Assembly: GCA_963806195.1 (NCBI GenBank)
Contig: CAWDXI010000002.1
Location: forward strand, 1,335,493 to 1,399,492
Source: an uncultured Acidobacteriaceae bacterium
GTDB taxonomy: Bacteria; Acidobacteriota; Terriglobia; Terriglobales; Acidobacteriaceae
DNA: 64,000 nt
Direction: 5' to 3'
Shown here: in pieces, positions 18,288 through 26,361 of the stretch
Layout of the letters: the number at the start of each line of letters is the position of its first letter
How positions within the stretch are numbered: position 1 is the stretch's first letter
The notes under the pieces: model-generated
The model's input: only the letters and a program-made list of their open reading frames with translations
What the model was told of the DNA's origin: nothing
The model's database searches: none
Position numbers and translations under genes: made by a program

Positions 18288-19682
18288 ATGGCGATCATGC
18301 ATGCTCATATGAGAACTCTCGGTTTACTCAGATTCGATCTTTGCTTCTTTCTTGTCTTCGTTCTGTTGCCGGCTATACTTCGCGCTGACGATGCAAGGCC
18401 AAGTGAAAGCACGACAGGTGAAGCTGCGCCTGTGTCGTATTCGGATCTCTACATCAAGGTGCAACTCGAGAGTAGTTTGAAACCTTCGGCGTTGAAGCCG
18501 GGAGATGTGGTGGAAGGAATACTCTCTCGCAATGTGTATCTGCGAGGCACCCAACTGTTCCCGGCCGGCAGCCGTGTGAGCTTGGTTGTCGATAGATTGG
18601 AACGGCGGCGGAGAGCTCCGAACGATCACTGGCCTTGGGTGATCAAAGTGTTTACTCCTCGGTACGAAACGTATCCGACATTCCAGTCGGCGCGAGTGTT
18701 ACTGGCGGACGGCAGGGAAGTACACATGCGAGTATCCCTGTTGTCGATCGGTCAGGAAGTTGAGGTGCGGGCCACGGCGAGAAAAGGAAAGTCGGGGCGG
18801 TATCCCGACAGCCTAGGGGCGACGGACTCGAACTTGGCGGCGCCGCCCGCAGCCTCTCAGAAGAAGGTTGAAAAAGGCCCTAAGACCTCAACCTCCTCCA
18901 CGATGGCCAACTTCGAGGCAGTTATCGTGAAAAGCGAGGACCGGTCCCCGATCCTCCAAGAGCAGCCTCCCGCTTCACCCGAGGACACTGTAACCGTTGC
19001 CGCAGGAACCCAGGCCAAAGTCATTCTTCTCGGCAGTGTCGCCGCCTCCAAGAGCCGCGCGGGAGACCGCTTTCAAGCCCGTCTCGTCGAGCCGATTTAC
19101 GCGGGCCACACCCTTGTGCTGCCAGAAGGAAGTGTTTTCGAGGGCAAAGTCACGAAGAGCAGGGGTCCGCGCATGCTGAGCCGCTCAGGTTCTGTTCTGC
19201 TGTCCTTCACAGGCGTGACCAGTTCCGTCGGAAAGCCCGAACCGATTGCGGCTTCGGTTACGGGAGTGGAACTAGACCGGCGATCGCATACAAGAGTTGA
19301 TTCTGAAGGACAACTCCGTGGCGATCGGCCTGGCAAGGCCTGGATGCTAATGAATATGGGAGTGACTGGAGGAATCTCCAAGGAGACCGACGACGCAGCA
19401 CAACTGCTGATCGAAGCGCTTGTTTCCTCCGCCACCGATGTTTCCACCGCAGGCACCGCCCGCATTGCCGGGGCCTGCGCGTCGGGTCTATTCATGCTTA
19501 CAAGGCATGGCCGCGATGTGGTGCTGCCCAAGTTCACCGAGATCGACATCATGTTCGACCGGCCGGCGGTGTTGCGTACGACTCAATCGCTGCCAGCCGC
19601 GGAGAGCAGCATGCAAACACAGACAGCGACGTTCGGTCAGCTTTTAAGGCAAACCTGCAGGCAGTGGCCATCCTGCTACTAA
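18288..19682 (+). CDS. Hypothetical secreted protein with two similar barrel-like modules
   Basis: 464 aa. The signal-like N-terminus is MRTLGLLRFDLCFFLVFVLLPAILRA (alternative ATG at 18309). Two modules share the pattern GD-x-V/F...L-x-PAGS/PEGS. Examples are KPGDVVEGILSRNVYLRGTQLFPAGSRVSLVV and AGDRFQARLVEPIYAGHTLVLPEGSVFEGKV. Confidence 0.7.
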   Translation: MAIMHAHMRTLGLLRFDLCFFLVFVLLPAILRADDARPSESTTGEAAPVSYSDLYIKVQLESSLKPSALKPGDVVEGILSRNVYLRGTQLFPAGSRVSLVVDRLERRRRAPNDHWPWVIKVFTPRYETYPTFQSARVLLADGREVHMRVSLLSIGQEVEVRATARKGKSGRYPDSLGATDSNLAAPPAASQKKVEKGPKTSTSSTMANFEAVIVKSEDRSPILQEQPPASPEDTVTVAAGTQAKVILLGSVAASKSRAGDRFQARLVEPIYAGHTLVLPEGSVFEGKVTKSRGPRMLSRSGSVLLSFTGVTSSVGKPEPIAASVTGVELDRRSHTRVDSEGQLRGDRPGKAWMLMNMGVTGGISKETDDAAQLLIEALVSSATDVSTAGTARIAGACASGLFMLTRHGRDVVLPKFTEIDIMFDRPAVLRTTQSLPAAESSMQTQTATFGQLLRQTCRQWPSCY

Positions 19683-20048
19683 TGGCGAATGCAGCAAAGC
19701 GTAACTGTCGGTTGTCCCGAGCGGGCTTCCGTCCAGAATTCCGCCTTCACTGCATGGGGTGGGTGTTGGATCTGGGCCCATCGGCAACGCCGGCACGGAC
19801 GTGTTTGGATTATTGAAATTCAGCGCGAGGGCCAGATTGTTGATCGCTGCATCCCGCTTGGTCAGCGGCTTCAGCCCCCATCGCCACTCAATCAACTTCA
19901 AGATCGAGGTGTGATCGTAAAGATGCGAATCAATTGTTGGATTCGCGGGATTTCCGCGGCTAAACGGGGAAGCCACAATCACGGGCACCCGGCATCCCAG
20001 GAGCGCCTTACCGTTCACGAGATCTGGGTCGATGTTGTTAGGTGCGAT
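19644..20048 (-). pseudogene. C-terminal remnant of a third phosphoesterase-family gene
   Basis: GCRVPVIVASPFSRGNPANPTIDSHLYDHTSILKLIEWRWGLKPLTKRDAAINNLALALNF matches the C-terminal block of this family (compare GPRVPLLVISPYAR in 16108-18090). The N-terminal 55 residues of the track ORF are not protein-like, so most of the gene is missing. Confidence 0.6.
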
Positions 20049-20071
20049 CACACGCCACGCGGATGCCCTAA

Positions 20072-20293
20072 AGAGCGGCCGGCAATGCGCTCGGGTGTGA
20101 GTTGGTGTATGCGCTGGTGCCAAAGGCGAACACTCTCCATGATCCGGTCGAAGAGCGGGCGCGCTCCCAGGCCAGGAAACAGGTACTGGGCTTCGAACAC
20201 TCGATGGCACTCGAGGATCAAGCCGTGGGCCGCGTCGATGAAGCAGTGGAAGCGGAAACCAAGCGACTGCTCAGAAAGCGTGGCGTACGGTGA
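20072..20293 (+). pseudogene. C-terminal remnant of the partner gene of the Fic protein (mobile mystery protein A type); the HTH part is lost
   Basis: RAAGNALGCELVYALVPKANTLHDPVEERARSQARKQV... matches my recollection of the family tail (...AAEALGC-LVYALVPK...). A TAA lies at 20069-71 immediately upstream. A 63-codon ORF from TTG 20102 survives and ends in a GTGA overlap with the Fic start. Confidence 0.55.
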
Positions 20294-20868
20294 GTCTCTT
20301 CACCGAGGGAGCTCTGTCGGCCGATGAACGGGCCGATCTCATTCCCAATCTGGCGACCAAGGAAGAGTTTAACGAGTGGGGACGACAGAACATTCTCGAA
20401 GCGTATGCGTGGGCACTCGCACCCAACAATCTTCGCCGGCGTGATCCTCTTGTCGAGTCATACATAAGAGATCTCCATCTGCGTATGTTCGATCAGACCT
20501 GGAGGTGGGCTGGAGCTTATAGAACCACCGAAAAGAATATGGGTGTTCCCCACCATGAAATCCGCGAGAGACTCGCCGCCCTGCTTGGGGATGCGCGCTA
20601 TTGGCTGGAACACGGAACCTATGCTCCGGATGAACTCGCCGTCCGCTTTCATCACCGCTTGGTTTTCATTCACCCTTTTGCGAACGGCAATGGTCGCCAT
20701 GCGCGCCTAATGGCGGACGTGCTGGCCCAGAGACAAGACAGGCCAGTTTTTACTTGGGGTGGCGCGGACCTGGTGCGCGCCGGTGACTTCCGTCAACGTT
20801 ACATTGAAGCGCTGCGCGCAGCCGATGCGCATGATATCGGACCCCTTCTGGCGTTCGCGCGCTCTTGA
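20290..20868 (+). CDS. Fic-domain protein, mobile mystery protein B type
   Basis: 192 aa. The Fic motif is HPFANGNGRHARLM. The context YIRDLHLRMFDQTWRWAGAYRTTEKNMGV is typical of this Fic subgroup. Confidence 0.9.
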   Translation: MSLFTEGALSADERADLIPNLATKEEFNEWGRQNILEAYAWALAPNNLRRRDPLVESYIRDLHLRMFDQTWRWAGAYRTTEKNMGVPHHEIRERLAALLGDARYWLEHGTYAPDELAVRFHHRLVFIHPFANGNGRHARLMADVLAQRQDRPVFTWGGADLVRAGDFRQRYIEALRAADAHDIGPLLAFARS

Positions 20869-21052
20869 GAACCTCACAGAAGAATACCTGCGCACCTATT
20901 CCCGTCCGGAGATCGGCCATCAACGCAGCTTTGTCAATCTGAGAGAAAGTTCCTACAAACGTTGCTGCTCGTAAATCTCCTGACGTGGCAGCGGTCGACG
21001 ATGCATCGACTGAATCGTCGGAACACAAAAGAAAGGAAAAGGAGGCTAGACC

Positions 21053-21416
21053 ATGAGCCAAAGTTTTCGGCCGGTGAAGGAAATCTGGAATATGCACTCC
21101 TCCTGCTTTGTTGAACCCGAAGAGTTGATTGCGCTGCTCCACGACCTTGCCGCCAGAGTGGGAACGGCCAGCGACGAACACGAATACGGAGACAACATGG
21201 CAGTCGGTTGAAGACGGCAAAAAGGTTCTGGACTACATAGAGGCAGACGAACGCTTCAATGCCGCCAGTTTCAAGGACAGCATGGAAGAGCGAGGGATAG
21301 TCATCGACAAGAATGACCTGACCAGTCTGATCGACAATATGCGGAGCCTGGTAAAGCAGTGGCGGAATTCCGTCGGAGAACGTGGTGAGTTGGTGTTCTA
21401 CATCGATGCTTGTTGA
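21053..21416 (+). pseudogene. Possible small gene split by a +1 frameshift
   Basis: The ATG at 21053 is preceded by AAAGGAGG and gives MSQSFRPVKEIWNMHSSCFVEPEELIALLHDLAARVGTASDEHEYGDNMAVG*. The +1 frame continues protein-like to 21416 (WQSVEDGKKVLDYIEADERFNAASFKDSMEERGIVIDKNDLTSLIDNMRSLVKQWRN...) but has no good start of its own. Confidence 0.3.
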
Positions 21417-21569
21417 ACCCAGCAGACGTGGCAACGAGAAAGTCTGCTCCGATTCTTGAATCCCGCATTTCCGTTGTATACTCCAGGCGCAAAGATAAGG
21501 CCTGGGTCTTCGCTTGGAGTAAGGTGTGACAGCAATCCTCAATGTCCAAGTAACCCGATTCCGATTGCG

Positions 21570-21986
21570 ATGACTCCTTCCACCGACAAGAATGTCTTGG
21601 ATGTGCCGCCTCCGCTTCGGCGTGTTTACGAATGGTGGAAAGCGCTCTTCGTGCCCGCCACTGTTTTAGCAGCTCTTGCAGGTTACTTCTTCGGACCCGA
21701 CGTAGGGTGGGTAGTGGCGGCGCTGTGCGTCGGGTTCTTAGTTGTGCTCCACGTATTGATTTTCGTCACGGGCCGAAATCTTCGAGCCACCGACTTGGCA
21801 GAAGAATTTCTTTCGACATCGGACTACACCAATGCGGAAGAACGCCAAAAGGCGCTCCGGGAACTACGCAGTGCCAAAAGGTCCGCCAAAGTGCTCTTCG
21901 GATTCCTTTTTTTGGTAGCCGCCGCAGCGATCGTGCTGCTCTTGTACCAACCGATCTATCGCATCTTACGAACTATTGAGTATTGA
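21570..21986 (+). CDS. Hypothetical membrane protein
   Basis: The ATG at 21570 (MTPSTDKNVLD...) precedes hydrophobic helices: ALFVPATVLAALAGYFF, VGWVVAALCVGFLVVLHVLIFV and VLFGFLFLVAAAAIVLLLY. The stop lies 10 nt inside the left end of the IS630-type element, so the C-terminus may be altered by the insertion. Confidence 0.5.
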   Translation: MTPSTDKNVLDVPPPLRRVYEWWKALFVPATVLAALAGYFFGPDVGWVVAALCVGFLVVLHVLIFVTGRNLRATDLAEEFLSTSDYTNAEERQKALRELRSAKRSAKVLFGFLFLVAAAAIVLLLYQPIYRILRTIEY

Positions 21987-23066
21987 ATAATATAGTGACA
22001 GACTGCGGGATTTTGTGCTACTCTGCGTTCATGGGAAACCCTGCGGGAGTGCGGCGCGATTTTCAGAAGTTGGAAGAGCGGCGGTTGTTGGGCGCCCGAC
22101 TGTTGCGCCAGGGAATGCACCCGGCCGAGGTCGCGCGGCAAGTCGGGGTGCACCGACAGTCGGTCAGTCGCTGGGAGCGGCAACTGCAGCGGGGCGGAGT
22201 GCGGGCGCTGAAGAAAGCCGGGCGCGCCGGGCGCAAAGCGCGCTTACGCCCGGAAGACTTACGGCGCATCGAGCGCGGTCTGAAACGCGGACCGGAGGCC
22301 CTGGGGTACGAAACCAGCCTGTGGACCTCGTGGCGCGTGGCCCATCTGATCGAGCAGGAATGTAGGGTGAGGTACCACCCTTCGCAAGCTTGGCGGATTC
22401 TGCGGCAACTGGGTTGGAGCTGCCAGCGTCCGGTGGGACGGGCGCTGGAACGCGACGAGGACAAGATCCGGTTCTGGAAGCAGCAGCGTTGGCCGGAGAT
22501 TAAAAAAAAGCCCGAAAAGAGGGGCGCACCATCGTCTTCATCGACGAAAGCGGACTGAGCGAGCGCCCACACCGCTGCCGGACCTGGGCGCCACGGGGAC
22601 AGACGCCGGTGCTGCAATATCACTTCAACTGGAAGATGCTGTCGGCCATGGCCGGCGTGACCTGGTGGAACTTTTACTTTCGGCTGTTTCCCGGTGCCAT
22701 CCGCAGTCCGCAGATCATTGAGTTTCTCACGCATCTGCTGCGCCACATCCCCGGCAAGCTGCTGATCGTCTGGGATGGACTGCCGGGTCATCGCAGTCGC
22801 GCAACCTGGGAGTTCATCCGAGAGCAGCGCGGGCGCTTGTGGGTGGAGTTTCTTCCCGGTTATGCGCCGGAACTAAATCCGGTCGAGTATCTGTGGTCGC
22901 ACTGGAAGCAGCACGAGTTGCCCAACCTGTGCCCGCAGAACTTCGGGCAGTTGAGCCAATATGCTCGCCAAGCGCTCCGCCGGATGCGCAAACGGCCTAC
23001 CTTGGTGATTGCCTTCTGGCGGCAGGCAGAACTGTTTCCGCTGTAACTATATTATGCAATCCTCAA
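21976..23066 (+). mobile_element. IS630/Tc1-family insertion sequence, copy 1 (1,091 bp), flanked by a TA duplication
   Basis: The ends are TTGAGTATTGAATAATATAGTGACAG and CTGTAACTATATTATGCAATCCTCAA (imperfect inverted repeats). TA lies at 21974-75 and 23067-68. A second copy lies at 59385-60476 and differs at only about 7 positions, by eye. Confidence 0.9.
22031..23046 (+). CDS. IS630-family transposase made from two frames via a -1 frameshift at A AAA AAG (22504-22510)
   Basis: OrfA runs from ATG 22031 and carries HTH regions (MHPAEVARQVGVHRQSVSRWERQL) up to ...WPEIKKK. The -1 frame continues ARKEGRTIVFIDESGLSERPHRCRTWAPRGQTPVLQYHFNWK...LLIVWDGLPGHRS...LPGYAPELNPVEYLW, which holds the DDE residues. 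The A8G run is identical in both copies. Confidence 0.88.
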
Positions 23067-23115
23067 TAAGCAGAGCAAAAAAACAGCCAGGCCCAGCTTG
23101 CAACTGAGGTGAAGG

Positions 23116-24129
23116 ATGTCTCAGTTTCGCAAAGATGTCTTCACGGGACGATGGGTGATCGTGGCCGAAACCGAGGCGGTCCGAACCGGAAATTTCAGCT
23201 TTAAGAAATTCACCCGCGAAACCACATTTTGTCCCTTCTGCGAAACCCATGAAGCTTCTACGCCGCCGGAAATCTTCGCCCTCAGACCTGGCGGTTCGCC
23301 GGCGAATGGGCCGGGGTGGACGGTCCGCGTCGTCCCCAATTCGCAGCTTCGGCTAAGGATTGAAGGGGATCTGAGTCGAAGGCCGGAAGGTTTTCACGAC
23401 ATGATGAACGGTATAGGAGCCGATGAGGTTATCGTCGAAACGCCAAGACACGACCGCAGTCTGCATGAACTGGATGTGAACGAAGTTGCGGATGTGATCC
23501 GGACATGGGTTGCCCGCATTGTCGATCTGCAGCGGGATAAGCGCATTCGCTACGTGTTGATCTTCAAAAACCATGGCGAAGAAGCCGGCGCCCACACCAT
23601 CACCCATTCCATTTCTCAGCTCATGGCTCTCCCGGTCACTCCGCGTGTCATTAAGGCCAAGCTTATGGCTGCGCAAGACTACTACTCGCGCAAAGAGCGC
23701 TGCATATATTGCGACGTGCTGCACCAGGAACTGACAGAGCGGAAACGTCTGGTGGCCGAAAACGCCGACTTCGTGTCGCTCGCACCCTTCGCCTCACGCT
23801 CCCCATTCGAACTGGGGGTGTTCCCTAAATTTCACAGCAGCGCCTTCGGCCGCATCAGTTCCGCACAAATCGAAAACCTGGCGCAGCTCTTGCGTGATGT
23901 CTTGCAAAGACTGGACAAAGCTCTGAGTGGCCCGCCCTACAACCTAGCGCTCCAGGATCGGCCATTCCTGCGTCTTCGAGAAGGCTACTGGAAAACCATC
24001 GAAGAGGATTTCCATTGGCATCTGGAGATCCTGCCACAAGTGATTGGGCTGACGGGATTCGAGCGTGCGTCCTGGTTCTTCTACAATCCTGTTCCGCCTG
24101 AACTCGCCGCTCGATGCCTCTCGGGTTGA
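23116..24129 (+). CDS. Galactose-1-phosphate uridylyltransferase-like HIT-superfamily protein
   Basis: 337 aa: DVFTGRWVIVAETEA, the zinc-knuckle-like FCPFCETHE, WTVRVVPN, YVLIFKNHGEEAGAHTITHSISQLMALPVTP and SRSPFELGVFP. An RBS (GAGGTGAAGG) precedes the ATG. Confidence 0.8.
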   Translation: MSQFRKDVFTGRWVIVAETEAVRTGNFSFKKFTRETTFCPFCETHEASTPPEIFALRPGGSPANGPGWTVRVVPNSQLRLRIEGDLSRRPEGFHDMMNGIGADEVIVETPRHDRSLHELDVNEVADVIRTWVARIVDLQRDKRIRYVLIFKNHGEEAGAHTITHSISQLMALPVTPRVIKAKLMAAQDYYSRKERCIYCDVLHQELTERKRLVAENADFVSLAPFASRSPFELGVFPKFHSSAFGRISSAQIENLAQLLRDVLQRLDKALSGPPYNLALQDRPFLRLREGYWKTIEEDFHWHLEILPQVIGLTGFERASWFFYNPVPPELAARCLSG

Positions 24130-24209
24130 CAACGCGGTAATCTACGGTTCACGGGTCTCGCCTGACCGCTAACTAGTTCCGGCAATCTCTGTACTCAGTC
24201 GGATGATGT

Positions 24210-25268
24210 TCAGTCAACCGCCATGCGACGCAACAGTCTGAAGTCGTCGAGAAGCTTCGCTGTACCCAGCACCACACTGCACAGGGGATCGTCGGCGATG
24301 CATACCGGCAGGCCGGTTTCTTCGCGGATCCGCGTGTCAAGGTTTATCAGTAACGCACCGCCTCCTGCGAGCACGAGGCCACGGTCACTGATATCAGCGG
24401 AGAGTTCCGGCGGAGTGCGCTCCAAGGCCACACGGATTGCGCTCACGATGGCGGCCACGGATTCGTTCAATGCTTCGCGGATCTCGCTGTCATCCACGGT
24501 AATCGTCTTGGGGATGCCCTCAATGAGACTTCGGCCCTTGACCTCCATGGTCACCGGCTTCTCGACAGGAGCTGCCGACCCGATCTCGAGTTTGATCTGT
24601 TCGGCCATGCGCTCACCGATCAGCAGGTTATATTTCCGTTTCACGTAGTTCATGATGGCTTCGTCCATGTGATTGCCGGCAATGCGCAGCGATCGCGAAT
24701 AGACGATCCCAGACATTGATATGAGCGCGACGTCAGTCGTGCCGCCACCGATGTCGACAACCAAATTGCCGCCTGGCCTGGACACGGGCATACCGGCCCC
24801 AATGGCAGCCATCATCGCCTGCTCCACGAGGTGCACCTCCGCAGCCTTGGCGCGATAGGCTGAGTCTGTCACGGCGCGCCGCTCAACTTGGGTGATTTCA
24901 GAGGGGACGCTGATGATCACACGCGGATGTACCAGCGTCCTGCGTTGATGCGCCTTTTGGATGAAGTAGGCGAGCATCTTCTCCGTGACCCTGAAATCGG
25001 CGATCACCCCATCTCTTAAAGGCTTGATCACGCTGATCTTGCTCGGTGTGCGGCCTAACATCTCTTTGGCTTCCTTACCCACCGCCCGCACTTCTCCCGT
25101 ACTCTCTTCGAGCGCAACCGCTGAGGGCTCATTGACAACTATGCCCCGACCGCGGGCGTAGACGCGAGTGTTGACGGTGCCCAAATCAATCGCAAGATCC
25201 TCCGAAAACAGGCTCGCCAATGGACGCAGGTGTTCGAAGGAGATTCGCGTTGTCCACTCAGGGCGCAT
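24210..25268 (-). CDS. mreB: Rod-shape-determining actin homologue MreB
   Basis: LFSEDLAIDLGTVNTRVYARGRGIVVNEPSAVAL, IKPLRDGVIADF, VVDIGGGTTDVALISMSGIV and LAGGGALL. The ATG at 25268 gives the usual length of about 352 aa. The track ORF extends 54 codons further without homology. Confidence 0.92.
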   Translation of the reverse strand: MRPEWTTRISFEHLRPLASLFSEDLAIDLGTVNTRVYARGRGIVVNEPSAVALEESTGEVRAVGKEAKEMLGRTPSKISVIKPLRDGVIADFRVTEKMLAYFIQKAHQRRTLVHPRVIISVPSEITQVERRAVTDSAYRAKAAEVHLVEQAMMAAIGAGMPVSRPGGNLVVDIGGGTTDVALISMSGIVYSRSLRIAGNHMDEAIMNYVKRKYNLLIGERMAEQIKLEIGSAAPVEKPVTMEVKGRSLIEGIPKTITVDDSEIREALNESVAAIVSAIRVALERTPPELSADISDRGLVLAGGGALLINLDTRIREETGLPVCIADDPLCSVVLGTAKLLDDFRLLRRMAVD

Positions 25269-25858
25269 AAGACAACTGGTGCAGTTCTTACGGAACATGC
25301 AGACTTGGACGACAGCCAGTGCCGTGGAGGTCGGTGTTTCATCGCTGCATGCCGTCAACGTGTGCCAGGCGGAGCTTTCCTCAACAAGAAGCCGACGATA
25401 AATCCCATTAAAGCGATTGGGAAGGTCCATATGGCGAGCGGCAATGCCGCGTCGGCCGAGATGCCTATCTCTTCGTGAATCGTGAACAAGAAATAGGCTG
25501 AAGGTAGATTGCCGCCGAAGCGGTCACTGCCAGCCCGATGGAGAGAAAAAGACCGTGTTTGAGCGTCGGTTCCACGATAGCCCCGTCGAACTAGACTGTG
25601 CTCTCCTGTCCGAGTCGTTAGCTTCTGCAATCAGGGCAGTTGGCTCAACTTCTTCCTAACACGAGGACACACAATCTGCCGTGACCATACTCACCCAGCC
25701 CTATGAACCAGCCAGAGAAGGTTCACGTTGTCGATAAGATCGGCTTGGGCCAGGTCATTGCAATTCCATGGAGAAAGGAAGCCTAATATTGAGGAGGGCA
25801 TTTCGCACAGGAGGCTCGTCTTGAAAGGTATCCGCCGCCACAAGCGAGGAGGCTTTTC

Positions 25859-25996
25859 ATGAAGACGCTGATACATCTCAAGAAGTATGGGAACAGTTTT
25901 TTTCACGTTGACCAGCAGCATGTAGTCTTCTTCCTTGTCGCCGGTTTCGTGTTGGCGGCGCTGGTTGTTTTGGTGCTGGCTTCGTCGGCGATGTAA
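25859..25996 (+). CDS. Candidate 45-aa membrane peptide
   Basis: Below the track's apparent ~60-aa minimum ORF length. AGGAGG sits 6 nt upstream of the ATG at 25859. The product is MKTLIHLKKYGNSFFHVDQQHVVFFLVAGFVLAALVVLVLASSAM, with one C-terminal TM helix. Third-position G+C is about 69 percent, against about 58 percent for the overlapping antisense 76-aa ORF. Confidence 0.3.
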   Translation: MKTLIHLKKYGNSFFHVDQQHVVFFLVAGFVLAALVVLVLASSAM

Positions 25997-26065
25997 GCGA
26001 GAGAACTCGCTGTTGATGTCCCCTTCACATGAAGAGGCGATTCATGTTTCGTTGGAGTTGTACAC

Positions 26066-26311
26066 ATGTCCGCATTTCCCCCACAGCTCCCGTGGAGGCG
26101 TTTCGTTTGCCTTCTTCGTGACCTCGGCTATCGTCCACTGAGATCACACCGAGGAACACTGAGGCAGTTTATCTGTCCCACACGCAGCCCAAACCTAGTC
26201 TCATTTCACGAGCCGCATCCCGGCGACACTCTACACAAACCCGCCCTGTGCGACTCTCTTCGAACTGAAGCTCAGCACGATGAATTTCTTCAGCTTCTTG
26301 AGAGACATTGA
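26066..26311 (+). CDS. HicA/YcfA-like small protein
   Basis: 81 aa: LPWRRFVCLLRDLGYRPLRSHRGTLRQFICP...VSFHEPHPGDTLHKPALCDSLRTEAQHDEFLQLLERH. The shape matches HicA/YcfA (LxxLGF...GSH...HxxxxxLxxGTLxxILxxxxLxxxEFxxLL), but the GSH histidine position reads RGT. Confidence 0.6.
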   Translation: MSAFPPQLPWRRFVCLLRDLGYRPLRSHRGTLRQFICPTRSPNLVSFHEPHPGDTLHKPALCDSLRTEAQHDEFLQLLERH

Positions 26312-26361
26312 GGATCGCAATCGTTGTCCAACACACATCGACCCTTTCAGAAGGAGGAACC

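Noticed and set aside
22063-22791. 242-aa minus-strand ORF inside IS copy 1 (and its twin at 59472-60200)
   Set aside because: It is antisense to the transposase frames and is extremely Arg/Ser/Pro-rich. It is conserved in both copies only because the IS copies are nearly identical.
25355-25630. 91-aa minus-strand ORF with a hydrophobic tail (…LPLAIWTFPIALMGFIVGFLL)
   Set aside because: It overlaps the non-homologous 5' extension of the mreB track ORF. A neighbouring frame carries another hydrophobic stretch (GLFLSIGLAVTASAAIYL). This suggests a frameshifted relic of a small membrane protein, but the evidence is too weak to call.
25691-25921. 76-aa minus-strand ORF (MLLVNVKKTVPILLEMYQRL...) upstream of the HicA-like gene
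   Set aside because: I could assign no family. It has no RBS and a lower third-position G+C than the overlapping plus-strand 45-codon ORF, which does have a strong RBS. It is kept only as an alternative. The plus strand here also shows a stop-interrupted frame (MNQPEKVHVVDKIGLGQVIAIPWRKEA*), so the region may be decayed.
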